A stretch of DNA of 64,000 nt from assembly GCA_028717245.1 (NCBI GenBank), contig JAQUOD010000001.1, positions 85,514 to 149,513 of the forward strand. The letters run 5' to 3'. Below the pieces are notes generated by a model. The model was not told the DNA's origin and ran no database searches. It saw only the letters and a list, made by a program, of their open reading frames with translations. Position numbers and translations under genes: made by a program. The DNA comes from Candidatus Omnitrophota bacterium. GTDB taxonomy: Bacteria; Omnitrophota; Gorgyraeia; Gygaellales; Profunditerraquicolaceae. Of the stretch, positions 21,168 through 32,549 are shown piece by piece (position 1 is the first letter of the stretch; each line of letters begins with the position of its first letter).

Positions 21168-24100
21168 TTACTTACTTTCTACGGTAACAGCTTCTTTAGG
21201 TTCGTTTACTGTTTTAGTTACTTCAATATCGCGATGGGTATAAAAACCCGTGCCAGCCGGGATAAGATGGCCTACTATAACGTTTTCTTTGAGGCCGAAT
21301 AATTCATCACTTTTGCCTGAAGCCGCGGCATCGGTAAGGACCCTTGTTGTTTCCTGAAAACTGGCCGCAGAAATAAAACTTTCCGTGGTCAGGGCGGCCT
21401 TAGTAATACCTAAGAGTAAAGGCGTGGCGACCGCGGGCTTCTCGCCTTTTTTGATTACGCGCATATTCTCCTTCTGGAATTTCCATTTATCTACCTGTTG
21501 CGTAGCCAGGAATTCCGTATCGCCCGGATCTTCTATTCTGATTTTTTTTAACATCTGCCTGATAATTGTCTCAATATGTTTATCGTTTATGCGTACGCCT
21601 TGCAACCGGTAAACCTCCTGGACTTCATTAACCAGGTATTCCTGTAAAACCTTATCGCCGCAGACCCTTAAAATATCCTGCAATACTACCGGCCCGTCGG
21701 TTAATTGCTGTCCGGCTGAGACCTTATCGCCCTTATATACGTTGGGGTGCTTTCCGTGAGGAATACTGTATTCCCTCTGCATACCGGTAGGCGATTTTAC
21801 GATAATCACGCGTTGGCCTTTCTTAGTCTCGCCGAATTCTACGAAACCGTCTATTTCGCTGATGATTGCCGGATCTTTGGGCCGCCTGGCTTCAAATAAT
21901 TCCGCTACGCGCGGTAGGCCGCCGGTAATATCCCTGGTTTTCACGATGTGCCTGGGGATTTTCGCTAAGAGCTCGCCCGCAGTTGTTTTCTGGCCGTCAT
22001 TGACCAATATATGTGCCCCCGCAGGGATAGGATATATACCCATAACTTCTTTTTTGTCGTCCAGGATTATTATTTGCGGGTGGTATTCCTGCTTGTGTTC
22101 TACGACCACGCGTTCGGTTAATTTGGTTACGGGATTCAGTTCTTCCCTGATAGTAACATTATCGCGCAGGTCCTCATATTTTACCTGCCCGGCCACTTCA
22201 GTAAGAATAGGCTGGGTATAGGGGTCCCAACGGATAAAAGAGATGCCTTTTGCTACCTCTTCTCCGTCAGCAATACTGATAAAAGAACCTTGCGGCACGG
22301 CATAACGTTCAAGTTCTCTTCCCTGTTTATCGTTTATGCTTATGGAACCATTTCTGTTTAAGACTATAACCCCTTTATTTTTTTCTACAACCCTTAAGCT
22401 GTGGTATTTGATTTCCCCCTTATTTTTTGCCTTTATAAATGACTGCGCAACGATCCTGGAAGCAGTACCGCCGATATGGAAGGTCCTCATGGTCAGCTGT
22501 GTGCCGGGTTCGCCTATGCTCTGCGCGGCGATTACGCCTACTGCCTCACCTAACTCTACGGGCCTGCCGGTGGCGAGATTGCGGCCATAACATTTCACGC
22601 AAACTCCTCTGCCTACTTCGCAAGTGAGGACGCTGCGTATACGTATCTTCTCAATGCCCAATTTCTCGATCATCTCGGCTTTTTCTTCGGTAATTTCAGA
22701 ACCCGCTTCTATGATCACCGCATCAGTAATGATATCCACGACATTATCCAGCGCCACTCTTCCTATTATACGGTCCTTCAGGCTGACTACTACTTCGTCG
22801 CCCTCAATAATCGCAGAAACCGTAATACCGTTTAGCGTGCCGCAGTCACCCTCAGTCACAATAACTTCCTGAGCCACATCTACGAGCCTGCGCGTAAGAT
22901 ACCCTGCGTCCGCGGTCTTCAGCGCCGTATCGGCAAGCCCCTTGCGCGCGCCGTGAGTAGAAATAAAATATTCCAAAACGTTCAAGCCTTCCCTAAAATT
23001 GGCGGTGATAGGGCTTTCGATGATTTCTCCCGAAGGCTTGGCCATCAGGCCGCGCATGCCCGCTAACTGCCTTACCTGGAGCCTTGAACCTCTTGCCCCT
23101 GAATCCGCCATCATAAATATGGGGTTAAACGGCTCCATCTCTTTAAATAATAAATCGGAGACCTTATCGGTAGCGTGGGTCCAGACATCAATAACCTTAT
23201 TATAGCGTTCTCTCTCTGTAATAATGCCGTTACGATACTGCTCCTCGATCTTGGCGACTTCATCCTTGGCTTCTTTTAAGACCTCTCCCTTGGCTTTGGG
23301 GATCTTGAGGTCATCTATACCGATAGATATTCCTCCGAGGGTAGCGAATTCAAATCCCATTTTTTTGATATCATCGAGCAGCACGATTATCCTGGAGTGC
23401 CCGAAACGTTTATAGCATTCGGCTACGATATCGCCTACCTTGCTTTTGTTTAATTCTCTATTCACAAAACCAAACCCGGAAGGTAATATCTGATTAAAAA
23501 TAATCCTGCCTACGGTGGTAGAGATAATCTGTTTTTCCGTAATGACTTTTTTTTCTTCTAAATCATAAAGGGAATTTATCCTTAATTTTATTTTGGCATG
23601 CAGGTCCAGTTCTTTATCTTCGTAAGCGATGATGGCCTCATCGGAATTAGCGAATATTTTATTCTCGCCCTTTGCCCCGGGTTTCTCTTTGGAAAGATAC
23701 GATACCCCTAAGATTGTGTCCTGGGTAGGGCTGATAATCGGCCTTCCGTCTGCCGGAGAAAATACGTTGTTTATGGAGAGCATGAGTATTTTTGCTTCGA
23801 TTTGGGATTCTAGCGAAAGGGGCACATGCACTGCCATCTGGTCGCCGTCAAAATCCGCGTTAAAAGCAGTGCATACTAAAGGATGAATTTTTATGGATTT
23901 GCCTTCGATTAAAACGGGTTGAAAGGCCTGTATGCTTAAGCGGTGAAGGGTGGGTGCGCGATTTAAAAGAACGGGATGGTCTTTGATTACTTCATCCAGG
24001 ATATCCCATACTTCAATCTTTCCGTGTTCTACCATTCTGCGCGCGCCTTTAATGGTATGCACAAACCCTCTTTCTCTTAATTTTTTGATGATAAACGGTT

Positions 24101-25202
24101 CAAATAATTCCAGGGCCATCTGTTTAGGCAGGCCGCATTCGTGCAATTTGAGTTCCGGCCCTACTACAATGACGGAACGGCCGGAATAATCCACGCGTTT
24201 GCCCAGGAGGTTCTGCCTGAACCTGCCCTGTTTGCCTTTAAGCATGTCCGCAAGCGACTTAAGCGGCCGGTTATTCGCGCCCATTACCGGCCGGCCGTGG
24301 CGGCCATTGTCCAGAAGGGCATCCACTGCTTCCTGGAGCATGCGTTTTTCGTTACGGATAATGATTTCCGGGGCGTTTAATTCTATAAGTTTCCTTAAAC
24401 GATTGTTGCGGTTAATAACCCTGCGGTATAAATCATTGAGGTCAGAGGTAGCAAATCTTCCGCCGTCTAAGGGCACCAGGGGCCTTAGATCCGGGGGTAT
24501 AACCGGTAGAATATCCAAAATCATCCACTCCGGCTTATTACCGGATTTCTTAAAATCTTCAATAATCTTTAAGGTTTTTAGGGTTTTGCGGTTAGCCATT
24601 ATTTCTTTGGACTTGCCTAAATCCCGGCGCAGCTTACGGCAGTAAGTATCCATGTCTAATTCTTTTAATAAATCCTGCACTGCTTCTGCGCCGATCTTGG
24701 CCTTAAAATTACCGCCGTATTTACTTAATGCCTCCTGGTATTTCTCTTCGCTTAAGAGCTCTTTTTTCTTTAAAGTAGTGGTGCCGGGGTCAATGACCAC
24801 ATATTCTTCATAATAGATTATTTTTTCTAAATCCCGTAGCGTCATATCTAAGAGTGCTGATAAGCGGCTGGGGACAGCTTTAAAAAACCAGATATGCGTA
24901 ACGGGCGCGGCTAATTCAATGTGCCCCATACGTTCCCTGCGTACGGCTGAGCGCTCTACGGTTACGCCGCAACGGTCGCAGGTGACCCCTTTAAATTTTA
25001 TGCCTTTATATTTACCGCAGTTACACTCCCAGTCACGCACAGGGCCAAAGATTTTTTCGCAGAACAAGCCGTCTTTTTCCGGCTTAAGGGTACGGTAATT
25101 TACCGTCTCTGCCTTTCTAACCTCTCCCTTGGACCAGGATTTTATCACCTGGGAGGATGCAATTTTAATCGAGATACTGTTAAACTGGATAATTTCTTCC
25201 AT
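21168..25202 (-). CDS. rpoC: DNA-directed RNA polymerase subunit beta'
   Basis: 1344 aa, NADFDGD motif. Confidence 0.95.
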   Translation of the reverse strand: MEEIIQFNSISIKIASSQVIKSWSKGEVRKAETVNYRTLKPEKDGLFCEKIFGPVRDWECNCGKYKGIKFKGVTCDRCGVTVERSAVRRERMGHIELAAPVTHIWFFKAVPSRLSALLDMTLRDLEKIIYYEEYVVIDPGTTTLKKKELLSEEKYQEALSKYGGNFKAKIGAEAVQDLLKELDMDTYCRKLRRDLGKSKEIMANRKTLKTLKIIEDFKKSGNKPEWMILDILPVIPPDLRPLVPLDGGRFATSDLNDLYRRVINRNNRLRKLIELNAPEIIIRNEKRMLQEAVDALLDNGRHGRPVMGANNRPLKSLADMLKGKQGRFRQNLLGKRVDYSGRSVIVVGPELKLHECGLPKQMALELFEPFIIKKLRERGFVHTIKGARRMVEHGKIEVWDILDEVIKDHPVLLNRAPTLHRLSIQAFQPVLIEGKSIKIHPLVCTAFNADFDGDQMAVHVPLSLESQIEAKILMLSINNVFSPADGRPIISPTQDTILGVSYLSKEKPGAKGENKIFANSDEAIIAYEDKELDLHAKIKLRINSLYDLEEKKVITEKQIISTTVGRIIFNQILPSGFGFVNRELNKSKVGDIVAECYKRFGHSRIIVLLDDIKKMGFEFATLGGISIGIDDLKIPKAKGEVLKEAKDEVAKIEEQYRNGIITERERYNKVIDVWTHATDKVSDLLFKEMEPFNPIFMMADSGARGSRLQVRQLAGMRGLMAKPSGEIIESPITANFREGLNVLEYFISTHGARKGLADTALKTADAGYLTRRLVDVAQEVIVTEGDCGTLNGITVSAIIEGDEVVVSLKDRIIGRVALDNVVDIITDAVIIEAGSEITEEKAEMIEKLGIEKIRIRSVLTCEVGRGVCVKCYGRNLATGRPVELGEAVGVIAAQSIGEPGTQLTMRTFHIGGTASRIVAQSFIKAKNKGEIKYHSLRVVEKNKGVIVLNRNGSISINDKQGRELERYAVPQGSFISIADGEEVAKGISFIRWDPYTQPILTEVAGQVKYEDLRDNVTIREELNPVTKLTERVVVEHKQEYHPQIIILDDKKEVMGIYPIPAGAHILVNDGQKTTAGELLAKIPRHIVKTRDITGGLPRVAELFEARRPKDPAIISEIDGFVEFGETKKGQRVIIVKSPTGMQREYSIPHGKHPNVYKGDKVSAGQQLTDGPVVLQDILRVCGDKVLQEYLVNEVQEVYRLQGVRINDKHIETIIRQMLKKIRIEDPGDTEFLATQQVDKWKFQKENMRVIKKGEKPAVATPLLLGITKAALTTESFISAASFQETTRVLTDAAASGKSDELFGLKENVIVGHLIPAGTGFYTHRDIEVTKTVNEPKEAVTVESK

Positions 25203-25204
25203 GC

Positions 25205-28200
25205 TTATTTGTCCTTGTCCATATGCACATCCAGGCCTAACCCCTGGAGTTCTTTTATCAAGACATTAAATGATTCGGGCGTGCCATGGGTCAACCTCTG
25301 CTCTCCCTTGACAATTGCCTCGTATATACGAGTCCTTCCTGAGACATCGTCGCTTTTTACGGTAAGCATCTCCTGTAAGGTAAATGCCGCCCCGTATGCC
25401 TCTAATGCCCAGACTTCCATTTCTCCTAATCTTTGGCCGCCAAACTGGGCCTTGCCGCCCAAAGGCTGCTGTGTAACCAAAGAATAAGGCCCGATGGAAC
25501 GGGCGTGGATCTTTTCATCTACCAGATGAATCAGTTTCATCATATAGATATAACCTACAGTGACCTTCTGGTCAAAAGGCTCGCCGTTAAATCCGTCGTA
25601 AAGGGTTATTTTGCCGTCTTCGGGTAAGCCCGCTTTTTTCAACATTTCTTTAATTTCTGCTTCTGTGGCACCGTCAAATACCGGAGTGGTCACCGCAAGG
25701 CCCAAGGCCTTGGCTGCCCAGCCCAGATGCGTCTCCAGGATTTGCCCTACATTCATACGGGAGGGGACGCCCAGGGGGTTTAATACTATATCAATAGGCG
25801 TGCCGTCGGGTAAATAAGGCATGTCCTGCTCGGGGACTATTTTTGCCACTACCCCTTTATTGCCGTGCCTGCCGGCTAATTTATCGCCTTCGGAAAGCTT
25901 GCGCTTTGTGGCAATATAAACCACTACCCTTTTTAAAACCCCGGGCGGCAATTCATCGCCGCGTCTGACCTTTTCTATTTCCTGTTCCTGTTCGGCTAAT
26001 AGTTTTTGTATCTGCTCGTCGAATGAAGAAGCCAGAATTTTTGCCTCTTCATTATTAGTAAAATCCATGGTCTCTATTTTTCTTTTATCTACGCCTAAAA
26101 CCTGGCTCAGGCGCGCTGTTTTTTCGGTCTGTATAAAATCCATTTCCTGTTTATAGTAAGCCTTTAGTTCCCGGATTTTTGCCAATTCCTTGGTCTTATC
26201 TTCCTTGGATTTCCTGCCTCTTTCTTTACGCTGGAAGATGTGTACGTCTATAACTACGCCTTCTACGCCCGGCGGAACGGTTAAAGAAGTATCGCGTACA
26301 TCCCCGGCCTTTTCGCCGAATATGGCGCGTAGGAGCCTCTCTTCCGGAGAAAGCTCTGACTCGGTCTTGGGCGTAACTTTGCCTACCAGGATATCCCCTG
26401 AAGCTACTTCTGCGCCGATACGGATTATACCTGTTTCGTCTAAGTTGTTTAAAGATTCTTCGCTGACATTGGGGATATCGCGGGTTATCTCTTCGTTACC
26501 CAGGCGCGTTTCAGTGGCTTCTGTTTCAAATTTTTCTACGTGTATAGAAGTAAAGGCGTCTTCTTTAGTCACCTTTTCGCTGACCAGGATAGCATCTTCA
26601 AAATTATACCCTCGCCAGGGCATAAAGGCGCAGAGTAAATTCTTTCCCAGCGCCAATTCCCCATTTTTTGTAGCTGTGCCGTCGGCAATGACCTCGCCTT
26701 TTTCGACATGCTGGCCCGGTTTTACCAGCGGCCTTTGATTTAAACAGGTATCTGCGTTTGTACGCAAAAATTTATTAAGGTGATATGTCTTTTTACCTAT
26801 AGTTATGGTTGAAGCATCGACATAGGCCACCTTGCCTGATTCCGCGGCTACTATTACAGTGCCCGAATCAACGGCAACCTTCTTCTCCATGAATGTCCCT
26901 ACGATAGGCGCCTCAGTAATCATTAATGGCACAGCCTGTCTTTGCATATTTGAACCCATCAATGCGCGGTTAGCATCATCATGTTCCAGGAAAGGGATTA
27001 AAGAAGCAGCAACGGAAACCAGCTGTTTTGGGGAGACGTCCATATATTCCACGCGCTTAGGGCTGACTTTGGGAAAATCGCCTTTATAGCGGCAGGATAT
27101 TTCGCGTTCTAAGAAATGCCCTTCGTCGTCTATGGGGACGTTCGCCTGGGCGATTACCTTTTCTTCCTCAATATCCGCGGTTAAATATTCAATCTTACGC
27201 GTAACCCGGCCCTCTTCTGCCTTACGATATGGCGTCTCCAGTAATCCCAGGGGATTTACCCGGGCATAAGTACTCAGAGAGGCGATCAAGCCGATATTCG
27301 GGCCTTCAGGGGTTTCAATGGGGCAAACCCTGCCATAGTGCGAAGGGTGTATATCCCTGACTTCAAACCCGGCGCGTTCCCGGGATAACCCGCCGGGGCC
27401 TAAGGCGCTAAGCCTGCGTTTATGGGTCATCTCAGCCAGAGGATTTACCTGGTCCATAAATTGCGAGAGCTGGCTGCGCATAAAGAAATCGCGGATCTGG
27501 TTAGATAATAGCTTGGAATTTATCAGGTAATGCACGCTTATGTTGTCAAAATCGCCCAATATGCTTAATCTCTCGCGTATCGAACGTTCGATCCTGCTTA
27601 GGCCTATCCTTACCTGGTTCTGCACTAATTCGCCGATAGTCTTGACGCGGCGGTTGCCCAAATGGTCTATATCGTCAATTTTTCCCTGGCCGTCTTTTAA
27701 TTTAATCAAGTATTCTATTACCTTAATAATAGTAGCCGAATCAAGGATCCTTTTTTCTAAAGCTACGTCCATGCCTAATTTTCTGTTTAAGATAAACCTG
27801 CCCGCCCTTTCTAAATCGTACCTGTTGGGGTCAAAGAATAAGCGGTAGAATAAGGCCTCAGCTGCTTCTTTAGTAATCGGCTCAGTCGGCCGCATCTTGC
27901 GATAAAAATCTAAATAAGCCTCTTCTTTATTTTTGGTATAGTCTTTCTTTAAGGTATTGGTTATCTCCGGATACTCATGGCCGAAGGCCGCAATAATCTC
28001 CTGGTCGGTGGAAAAACCGAGTATCCTTAATATCTGGGTGGCGGGAAAATTTCTGCGCCTGTCTACATAAGCAAGGATGGTTTCGGATAAGTCATATTTA
28101 AACTCAAGCCATGCCCCGCGGTAAGGGATAACCCGGCCGTGGAATATCTTTTTGCCGGTAGGATGGCTTTCTTCTTCAAAGGAAACTCCCGGAGAACGCT

Positions 28201-28609
28201 GCAATTGGCTGACTACTACGCGTTCATCGCCGTTTATGATAAATGTACCGGTTTCTGTCATTAAAGGTATTTCGCCGAAGTAGGCATCCTGTTCTTTGAT
28301 TTCTTTGGGGGTAGTCAACCTGAACTTTACCTTTAAAGGTGCAGCGTAGCTTAATGCCCGGCGCTTGGATTCGGCAATATCATATTTGGGTTTCCCGAGA
28401 GAATAACTGATAAATTCCAGCCTCACTGTGCGGCTTGCGTTTTCTATCGGGAATATATCCAGGAATACCTCCTGTAATCCCTGATGTTTTTTTTCGCGGG
28501 AGGGAATATCTATCTGCAGAAATTCACAGTAAGATTCAAGCTGGATATCAAGAAGATTAGGCAGGCCGTAATATTCCTTAAATTTTGCAAAGTTTTTATG
28601 TTTAAGCAT
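25205..28609 (-). CDS. rpoB: DNA-directed RNA polymerase subunit beta (compact, 1134 aa)
   Basis: [10 protein letters not shown]... rpoB; 2-nt gap to rpoC. Confidence 0.95.
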   Translation of the reverse strand: MLKHKNFAKFKEYYGLPNLLDIQLESYCEFLQIDIPSREKKHQGLQEVFLDIFPIENASRTVRLEFISYSLGKPKYDIAESKRRALSYAAPLKVKFRLTTPKEIKEQDAYFGEIPLMTETGTFIINGDERVVVSQLQRSPGVSFEEESHPTGKKIFHGRVIPYRGAWLEFKYDLSETILAYVDRRRNFPATQILRILGFSTDQEIIAAFGHEYPEITNTLKKDYTKNKEEAYLDFYRKMRPTEPITKEAAEALFYRLFFDPNRYDLERAGRFILNRKLGMDVALEKRILDSATIIKVIEYLIKLKDGQGKIDDIDHLGNRRVKTIGELVQNQVRIGLSRIERSIRERLSILGDFDNISVHYLINSKLLSNQIRDFFMRSQLSQFMDQVNPLAEMTHKRRLSALGPGGLSRERAGFEVRDIHPSHYGRVCPIETPEGPNIGLIASLSTYARVNPLGLLETPYRKAEEGRVTRKIEYLTADIEEEKVIAQANVPIDDEGHFLEREISCRYKGDFPKVSPKRVEYMDVSPKQLVSVAASLIPFLEHDDANRALMGSNMQRQAVPLMITEAPIVGTFMEKKVAVDSGTVIVAAESGKVAYVDASTITIGKKTYHLNKFLRTNADTCLNQRPLVKPGQHVEKGEVIADGTATKNGELALGKNLLCAFMPWRGYNFEDAILVSEKVTKEDAFTSIHVEKFETEATETRLGNEEITRDIPNVSEESLNNLDETGIIRIGAEVASGDILVGKVTPKTESELSPEERLLRAIFGEKAGDVRDTSLTVPPGVEGVVIDVHIFQRKERGRKSKEDKTKELAKIRELKAYYKQEMDFIQTEKTARLSQVLGVDKRKIETMDFTNNEEAKILASSFDEQIQKLLAEQEQEIEKVRRGDELPPGVLKRVVVYIATKRKLSEGDKLAGRHGNKGVVAKIVPEQDMPYLPDGTPIDIVLNPLGVPSRMNVGQILETHLGWAAKALGLAVTTPVFDGATEAEIKEMLKKAGLPEDGKITLYDGFNGEPFDQKVTVGYIYMMKLIHLVDEKIHARSIGPYSLVTQQPLGGKAQFGGQRLGEMEVWALEAYGAAFTLQEMLTVKSDDVSGRTRIYEAIVKGEQRLTHGTPESFNVLIKELQGLGLDVHMDKDK

Positions 28610-28620
28610 ATTGTCTATCA

Positions 28621-28722
28621 GGTTACGTAAGGTTGCCTAAGGTTACGTAAGGTTCCATAAAGCTGCCTTTTTTAAGGTAACCTTATGTAACGTTATGGAA
28701 CCCCATGGAACGTTAGGTAACA
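28621..28722 (-). repeat. inverted arrays of 10-mers GGTTNNNTAA forming a ~45-bp imperfect hairpin in rplL-rpoB spacer
   Basis: ggttacgtaa ggttgcctaa ggttacgtaa ggttccataa ... ggtaacctta tgtaacgtta tggaacccca tggaacgtta ggtaac. Confidence 0.8.
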
Positions 28723-28729
28723 TTTCTTA

Positions 28730-29122
28730 TTATTTTAATTCTACCGTTGCCCCGGCGGCTTCCAATTTTTTCTTCATCTCCTCAGCCTCTTCCTTAGCTA
28801 CGTTTTCCTTTACGGGCTTGGGAGCTGCGTCTACTAAGTCCTTTGCTTCTTTTAGGCCGAGGCTGGTCATTGTCCTCACTTCTTTTATTACCGCAATCTT
28901 ATTGGCACCTGCGCTAGCCAAAACTACGGTAAAGGTACTTTTTTCTTCCGGCGCTGCGGCAGCGGCCCCTGCAGCAGCCCCCCCGGCAGCTGGTGCCGCC
29001 ATAATCGGCATATTCGCCTGCACGCCGAACTTCTCCTCCAAGGCCTTCACTAAATCCGATAGCTCTAATACGCTCATCTCCTCTATGGATTTAATCAGCC
29101 CTTCCATATTTTCTTTAGCCAT
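28730..29122 (-). CDS. rplL: 50S ribosomal protein L7/L12
   Basis: 130 aa. Confidence 0.9.
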   Translation of the reverse strand: MAKENMEGLIKSIEEMSVLELSDLVKALEEKFGVQANMPIMAAPAAGGAAAGAAAAAPEEKSTFTVVLASAGANKIAVIKEVRTMTSLGLKEAKDLVDAAPKPVKENVAKEEAEEMKKKLEAAGATVELK

Positions 29123-29149
29123 TTTATGAACCTCCTTTTAGACAAGTTT

Positions 29150-29221
29150 GTATCAAAGTATCAGGTATCAAGGTATCAAAGTTTTTTCTTTGACACTTTT
29201 GACACATTGATACTTTGACAC
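29150..29221 (-). repeat. GTATCAA/TTGACAC inverted octamer arrays (hairpin, loop ttttttc) in rplJ-rplL spacer, directly upstream of rplL RBS
   Basis: gtatcaaagtatcaggtatcaaggtatcaaag-ttttttc-tttgacacttttgacacattgatactttgacac. Confidence 0.85.
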
Positions 29222-29225
29222 TATT

Positions 29226-29753
29226 TTAGTTTTCTTTCTTCTTCTTTATCTGCTCTAAACAATAAACTAATTTTCTTAAATTCCCCTTAAGAACCATTAC
29301 TAAACCAAAGATAGGTGATTTTAAAGCCATTACAGCCTGATATCTCAAAATTTCCTTACAGGGAAGCCGGGCCATCCTTTCGATATCTTTTTTATCCAGG
29401 ATCTTGTCTTCTAAAAATCCTGCTTCTAATTTTAACTGTTCATGCTCACGGAAAAAGCCATATAACACGCGCGAGGTATCTACTGGTTCTTCTTTGGCAA
29501 ATACTAAACCGCAGGGCCCCTCTACGGACTTAATTAAACCTTCTAAACCGGAGTCTTTCAGGGCGCGCCTGGCTACGCTATTTTTGGTCACGAAGAGCTT
29601 GGCCTTTGCGCCTTTTAGCGATTTCCTCAGGGTAGTCAGATCCGGACTGGATAATTTCGAATATCCCACGATAAAAAGGCCCTGCGATTCCTTAAAATAT
29701 TTTTTAAGGCGGTTTTCCAGAGTTTCCCTGAATACTAAACCCAGTTTTTTCAT
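29226..29753 (-). CDS. rplJ: 50S ribosomal protein L10
   Basis: 175 aa. Confidence 0.9.
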   Translation of the reverse strand: MKKLGLVFRETLENRLKKYFKESQGLFIVGYSKLSSPDLTTLRKSLKGAKAKLFVTKNSVARRALKDSGLEGLIKSVEGPCGLVFAKEEPVDTSRVLYGFFREHEQLKLEAGFLEDKILDKKDIERMARLPCKEILRYQAVMALKSPIFGLVMVLKGNLRKLVYCLEQIKKKKEN

Positions 29754-29755
29754 CT

Positions 29756-30436
29756 TTAGAATACCAGCCTTAAGCCCTGGTTCATGGTAGTAGAAACGAA
29801 CATACTGTCTATAAATTTACCCTTGACCGATGCGGGCTTGGCTTCATTAAGCGCCTCTATTACCCGCGAAGCGTTTTCGTAAATTTTATCTTCCGGGAAG
29901 GAAAGTTTGCCTACGGATAAATGTATGCCGCCCTGCTTATCTACGCGGAATTCAACCTTACCCTTCTTTACGTCTTCGATGGCCTTGGCAATATCATTAG
30001 TCACTGTGCCGGTCTTAGGGCTAGGCATCAAGCCGCGCGGCCCCAAAATCTTCCCCAGTTTACTTAAGTCTTTCATCATTTCCGGGGTAGCGATGGCGCA
30101 ATCAAAATCCAGGAATCCTGCGGACACTTTATCTATCAGATCATTAGCCCCTATGTAATCGGCAGCAGCTTCTTTTGCCTGTTTTTCGTGTTCTCCCCTG
30201 CAGAATACAGCCACCCTTACCTTTTTTCCGGTGCCGTGCGGCAGGACTACCGTGCCGCGGATCATCTGGTCTGATTTTTTCGGGTCAACATTAAGATGAA
30301 AGTGCAAATCTACAGAGGGGTCGAATTTAGGGAACGACAACTTCTTTAAAACAGAAATTGCCTCTTTTAATATGTAAGCCTTATTTCTATCTACTTGTTT
30401 TTCAGATTCCCGGTAACGTTTACTGTGCGTTTTCAT
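29756..30436 (-). CDS. rplA: 50S ribosomal protein L1
   Basis: 226 aa. Confidence 0.9.
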   Translation of the reverse strand: MKTHSKRYRESEKQVDRNKAYILKEAISVLKKLSFPKFDPSVDLHFHLNVDPKKSDQMIRGTVVLPHGTGKKVRVAVFCRGEHEKQAKEAAADYIGANDLIDKVSAGFLDFDCAIATPEMMKDLSKLGKILGPRGLMPSPKTGTVTNDIAKAIEDVKKGKVEFRVDKQGGIHLSVGKLSFPEDKIYENASRVIEALNEAKPASVKGKFIDSMFVSTTMNQGLRLVF

Positions 30437-30451
30437 CTCTTTTTTTGGCCT

Positions 30452-30877
30452 TTAACCCTCTATGGCTATACCCATACTCTTAGCCGTGCCTGCTATGATC
30501 TTAATTGCCTCTTCCATATCGGTAGTATTTAAGTCCTTTGCTTTCTGTTTCGCAATTTCTTCAACCTGTTTTTTGGTCACCTTACCGATGATTTCTTTAC
30601 CGCTTATGCCTGATGCCTTGGCGAGGTTGGCTGCGCGTTTCAGGAGCACTGAAGAGGGGGGGCTTTTTATAATAAAACTGAAGGTCCTGTCTTCATACAC
30701 GCTGATCACTGCCGGTAGAATTAAGCCGTCCCTGCCTTTAGTCTGGTCATTGAACTGTTTGCAGAATTGCATAATATTTACTCCGTGCTGGCCTAACGCG
30801 GGCCCGACCGGAGGAGCGGGATTCGCCTGCCCTGCGGGAACGTGTAATTTAATTTGCGCGACTACCTTCTTAGCCAT
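30452..30877 (-). CDS. rplK: 50S ribosomal protein L11
   Basis: 141 aa. Confidence 0.9.
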   Translation of the reverse strand: MAKKVVAQIKLHVPAGQANPAPPVGPALGQHGVNIMQFCKQFNDQTKGRDGLILPAVISVYEDRTFSFIIKSPPSSVLLKRAANLAKASGISGKEIIGKVTKKQVEEIAKQKAKDLNTTDMEEAIKIIAGTAKSMGIAIEG

Positions 30878-30880
30878 AAC

Positions 30881-31408
30881 TTATACCTTTTCTACCTGCC
30901 AATACTCTAATTCTACGGGCGTTGACCTGCCGAATATGGAAACGTTCACCTTCAATTTACCCCTTTCGGGATGGATTTCTTCAATGGTGCCGTTGAAATT
31001 CAAAAAAGGCCCTTCGTTTACCCTGACCTGTTCGCCTTTTTCAAAAACAATCTTAGGGCTGGGTTTGGCCTGGGTCTCCTGCGTCCTCTTTAAAATATTT
31101 TCAACTTCCGCTTCCGATAAAGGCATAGGTTTTTTTCCTAAGCCGATAAACCCGGTTACTCCCGGCGTAGTCTTAATATGGAAATAAGTGTCTTCATTTA
31201 ATTCCATTTCCACAATAAGATAACCCGGGAAAAATTTTCTTTGCGATATCTTCTTTCTGCCGGAACGAACTTCGGAAATCTGCTCGGTAGGGATAATAAC
31301 TTTGGTGACAAATTCCCCGAGCCCTTGCAAGGCGATTTTATTCTCTAATGCCTGCTTTACTTTACTCTCTAAACCGGTCTGTGTGTGAACAACGTACCAC
31401 TTCTTCAT
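30881..31408 (-). CDS. nusG: transcription termination/antitermination factor NusG
   Basis: 175 aa NGN+KOW. Confidence 0.9.
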   Translation of the reverse strand: MKKWYVVHTQTGLESKVKQALENKIALQGLGEFVTKVIIPTEQISEVRSGRKKISQRKFFPGYLIVEMELNEDTYFHIKTTPGVTGFIGLGKKPMPLSEAEVENILKRTQETQAKPSPKIVFEKGEQVRVNEGPFLNFNGTIEEIHPERGKLKVNVSIFGRSTPVELEYWQVEKV

Positions 31409-31596
31409 CTAAATACCAACCTCAATATGCGGGAAAGTAAGATGTCGATTACGCCTATAAATAAAGCCATAATAAAGGTGGCCGCGATCACCACGGCAGT
31501 AGAACCCATCAATTCCTGGCGGGTCGACCAGGATACCTTGCTTAGCTCTGCTTTGACCTCTTTTAAAAAGGTCGTTATCTTTTTGAATACGTTCAT
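31405..31596 (-). CDS. secE: preprotein translocase subunit SecE
   Basis: 63 aa single TM. Confidence 0.85.
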   Translation of the reverse strand: MNVFKKITTFLKEVKAELSKVSWSTRQELMGSTAVVIAATFIMALFIGVIDILLSRILRLVFR

Positions 31597-31621
31597 TTTT
31601 TAGGTTCGGCCTTCAATTAAG

Positions 31622-31692
31622 CAGGAGCGGCAGGAGTCGAACCTGCAGTAACGGTTTTGGAGACCGTTGGTTTGCCATTAACCGACGCTCCT
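31622..31692 (-). tRNA. tRNA-Trp (anticodon CCA), no encoded CCA end
   Basis: Manual fold: acceptor AGGAGCG/CGCTCCT, anticodon loop CTCCAAA, T-arm GCAGG-TTCGACT-CCTGC. Confidence 0.85.
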
Positions 31693-31807
31693 ATTTTTAT
31701 ACCGTTTTCTTTCCCTCGTTTATACGTTTGCAGCCACAAAACGCAGGCGGAACTTGGCCGCTTGAGTATTCAGCTCCGGGAAACCGCGTGCTTTAACCCG
31801 CGGAGCT

Positions 31808-31957
31808 TCATTTTATCTCCTTGTGGAGGGTATGCTTATAACAGAATCTGCAGAACTTTTTTATCTCTAACTTATCCTGATGCAATTTTTTATTCTTAGT
31901 GGTGGTATAATTCCTATTTTTACAAACCGTGCATTCTAATGTAATAATTTCGCGCAT
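31808..31957 (-). CDS. rpmG: 50S ribosomal protein L33 (49 aa, C4 zinc ribbon), not in ORF track
   Basis: Manual translation [49 protein letters not shown]. Confidence 0.85.
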   Translation of the reverse strand: MREIITLECTVCKNRNYTTTKNKKLHQDKLEIKKFCRFCYKHTLHKEIK

Positions 31958-31963
31958 CTTTGT

Positions 31964-32035
31964 AGTGTCAAGGTGTCAAAGTATCAGAGTGTCAAAGTAA
32001 AACTTTGATACCTTGATACATGATACTTTGATACA
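31964..32035 (-). repeat. GTGTCAA/TTGATAC inverted octamer arrays (hairpin) between rpmG and tRNA-Thr
   Basis: gtgtcaaggtgtcaaagtatcagagtgtcaaag-taaaac-tttgataccttgatacatgatactttgatac. Confidence 0.85.
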
Positions 32036-32044
32036 GCTTTTACA

Positions 32045-32117
32045 AGCTGGAGACGGGAATCGAACCCGTGACCCCGTCCTTACCAAGGACGTGCTCTACC
32101 GACTGAGCTACTCCAGC
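32045..32117 (-). tRNA. tRNA-Thr (anticodon GGT), no encoded CCA end
   Basis: GCTGGAGTAGCTCAGTCGGTAGAGCACGTCCTTGGTAAGGACG...GGTTCGATTCC...CTCCAGCT. Confidence 0.9.
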
Positions 32118-32549
32118 GGTTTACCATAAGCCACGTCATTAGTAAAAAACCCTTTAGACGATTTTATCGTCGGGCTATAATCCATTGTTATCCTATGGAG
32201 CCCCACGGCTTTACAGCCGTGGTACCTATATTTACCCGCCTACACTTCGCTACGGCGGGTCCGCCTTAGACACGTTTATACGACATCCGCCGTAATGCTA
32301 CCTCCCTGCATTCATCTACGGGTTTACACCCGTGGATTTCTGCACGAAGGCGGATAAAAATAATTTCAGGATAAAAAAACTCACCCCATGAAGAATTTAT
32401 AAAATTCTCCTTAACCTTATATGCCGTATATCTATACAGAGAGATATAGAAAAGCGACTTTAGGTTTGCGTAAAGGAAAAAGTATATATTAAAAATCTAC
32501 CTTTGTCAACCTTTTTTTAATATTTTTTTATAGGCTAGCGGGGTATGGC

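Noticed and set aside
28621-29221. Possibility that the short-repeat arrays are CRISPR arrays
   Set aside because: Units are 7-10 nt, not the 24-50 nt expected of CRISPR repeats. There are no unique spacers of constant length, the arrays are inverted rather than direct, and no cas genes are present.
30462-31187. 241-aa plus-strand ORF, and many other plus-strand ORFs of 60-200 aa (for example 26190-26738, 49648-50235, 8476-9003)
   Set aside because: They lie antisense to well-supported minus-strand genes (rplK/nusG, rpoB, degP, rpsE) and have low-complexity products without recognisable motifs. They are spurious shadow ORFs.
31657-31899. 80-aa plus-strand ORF between the tRNAs
   Set aside because: It overlaps, on the opposite strand, the clearly coding rpmG (L33 zinc-ribbon) found by manual translation.
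32118-32549. Additional tRNAs (Tyr/Gly) expected upstream of tRNA-Thr as in the E. coli thrU-tyrU-glyT-thrT-tufB cluster
   Set aside because: No cloverleaf could be built, and there is no GTTCGAATC-like T-loop or acceptor-stem pairing on either strand. The hairpins present are GC-stem/TTTACA-loop structures, not tRNA-like.
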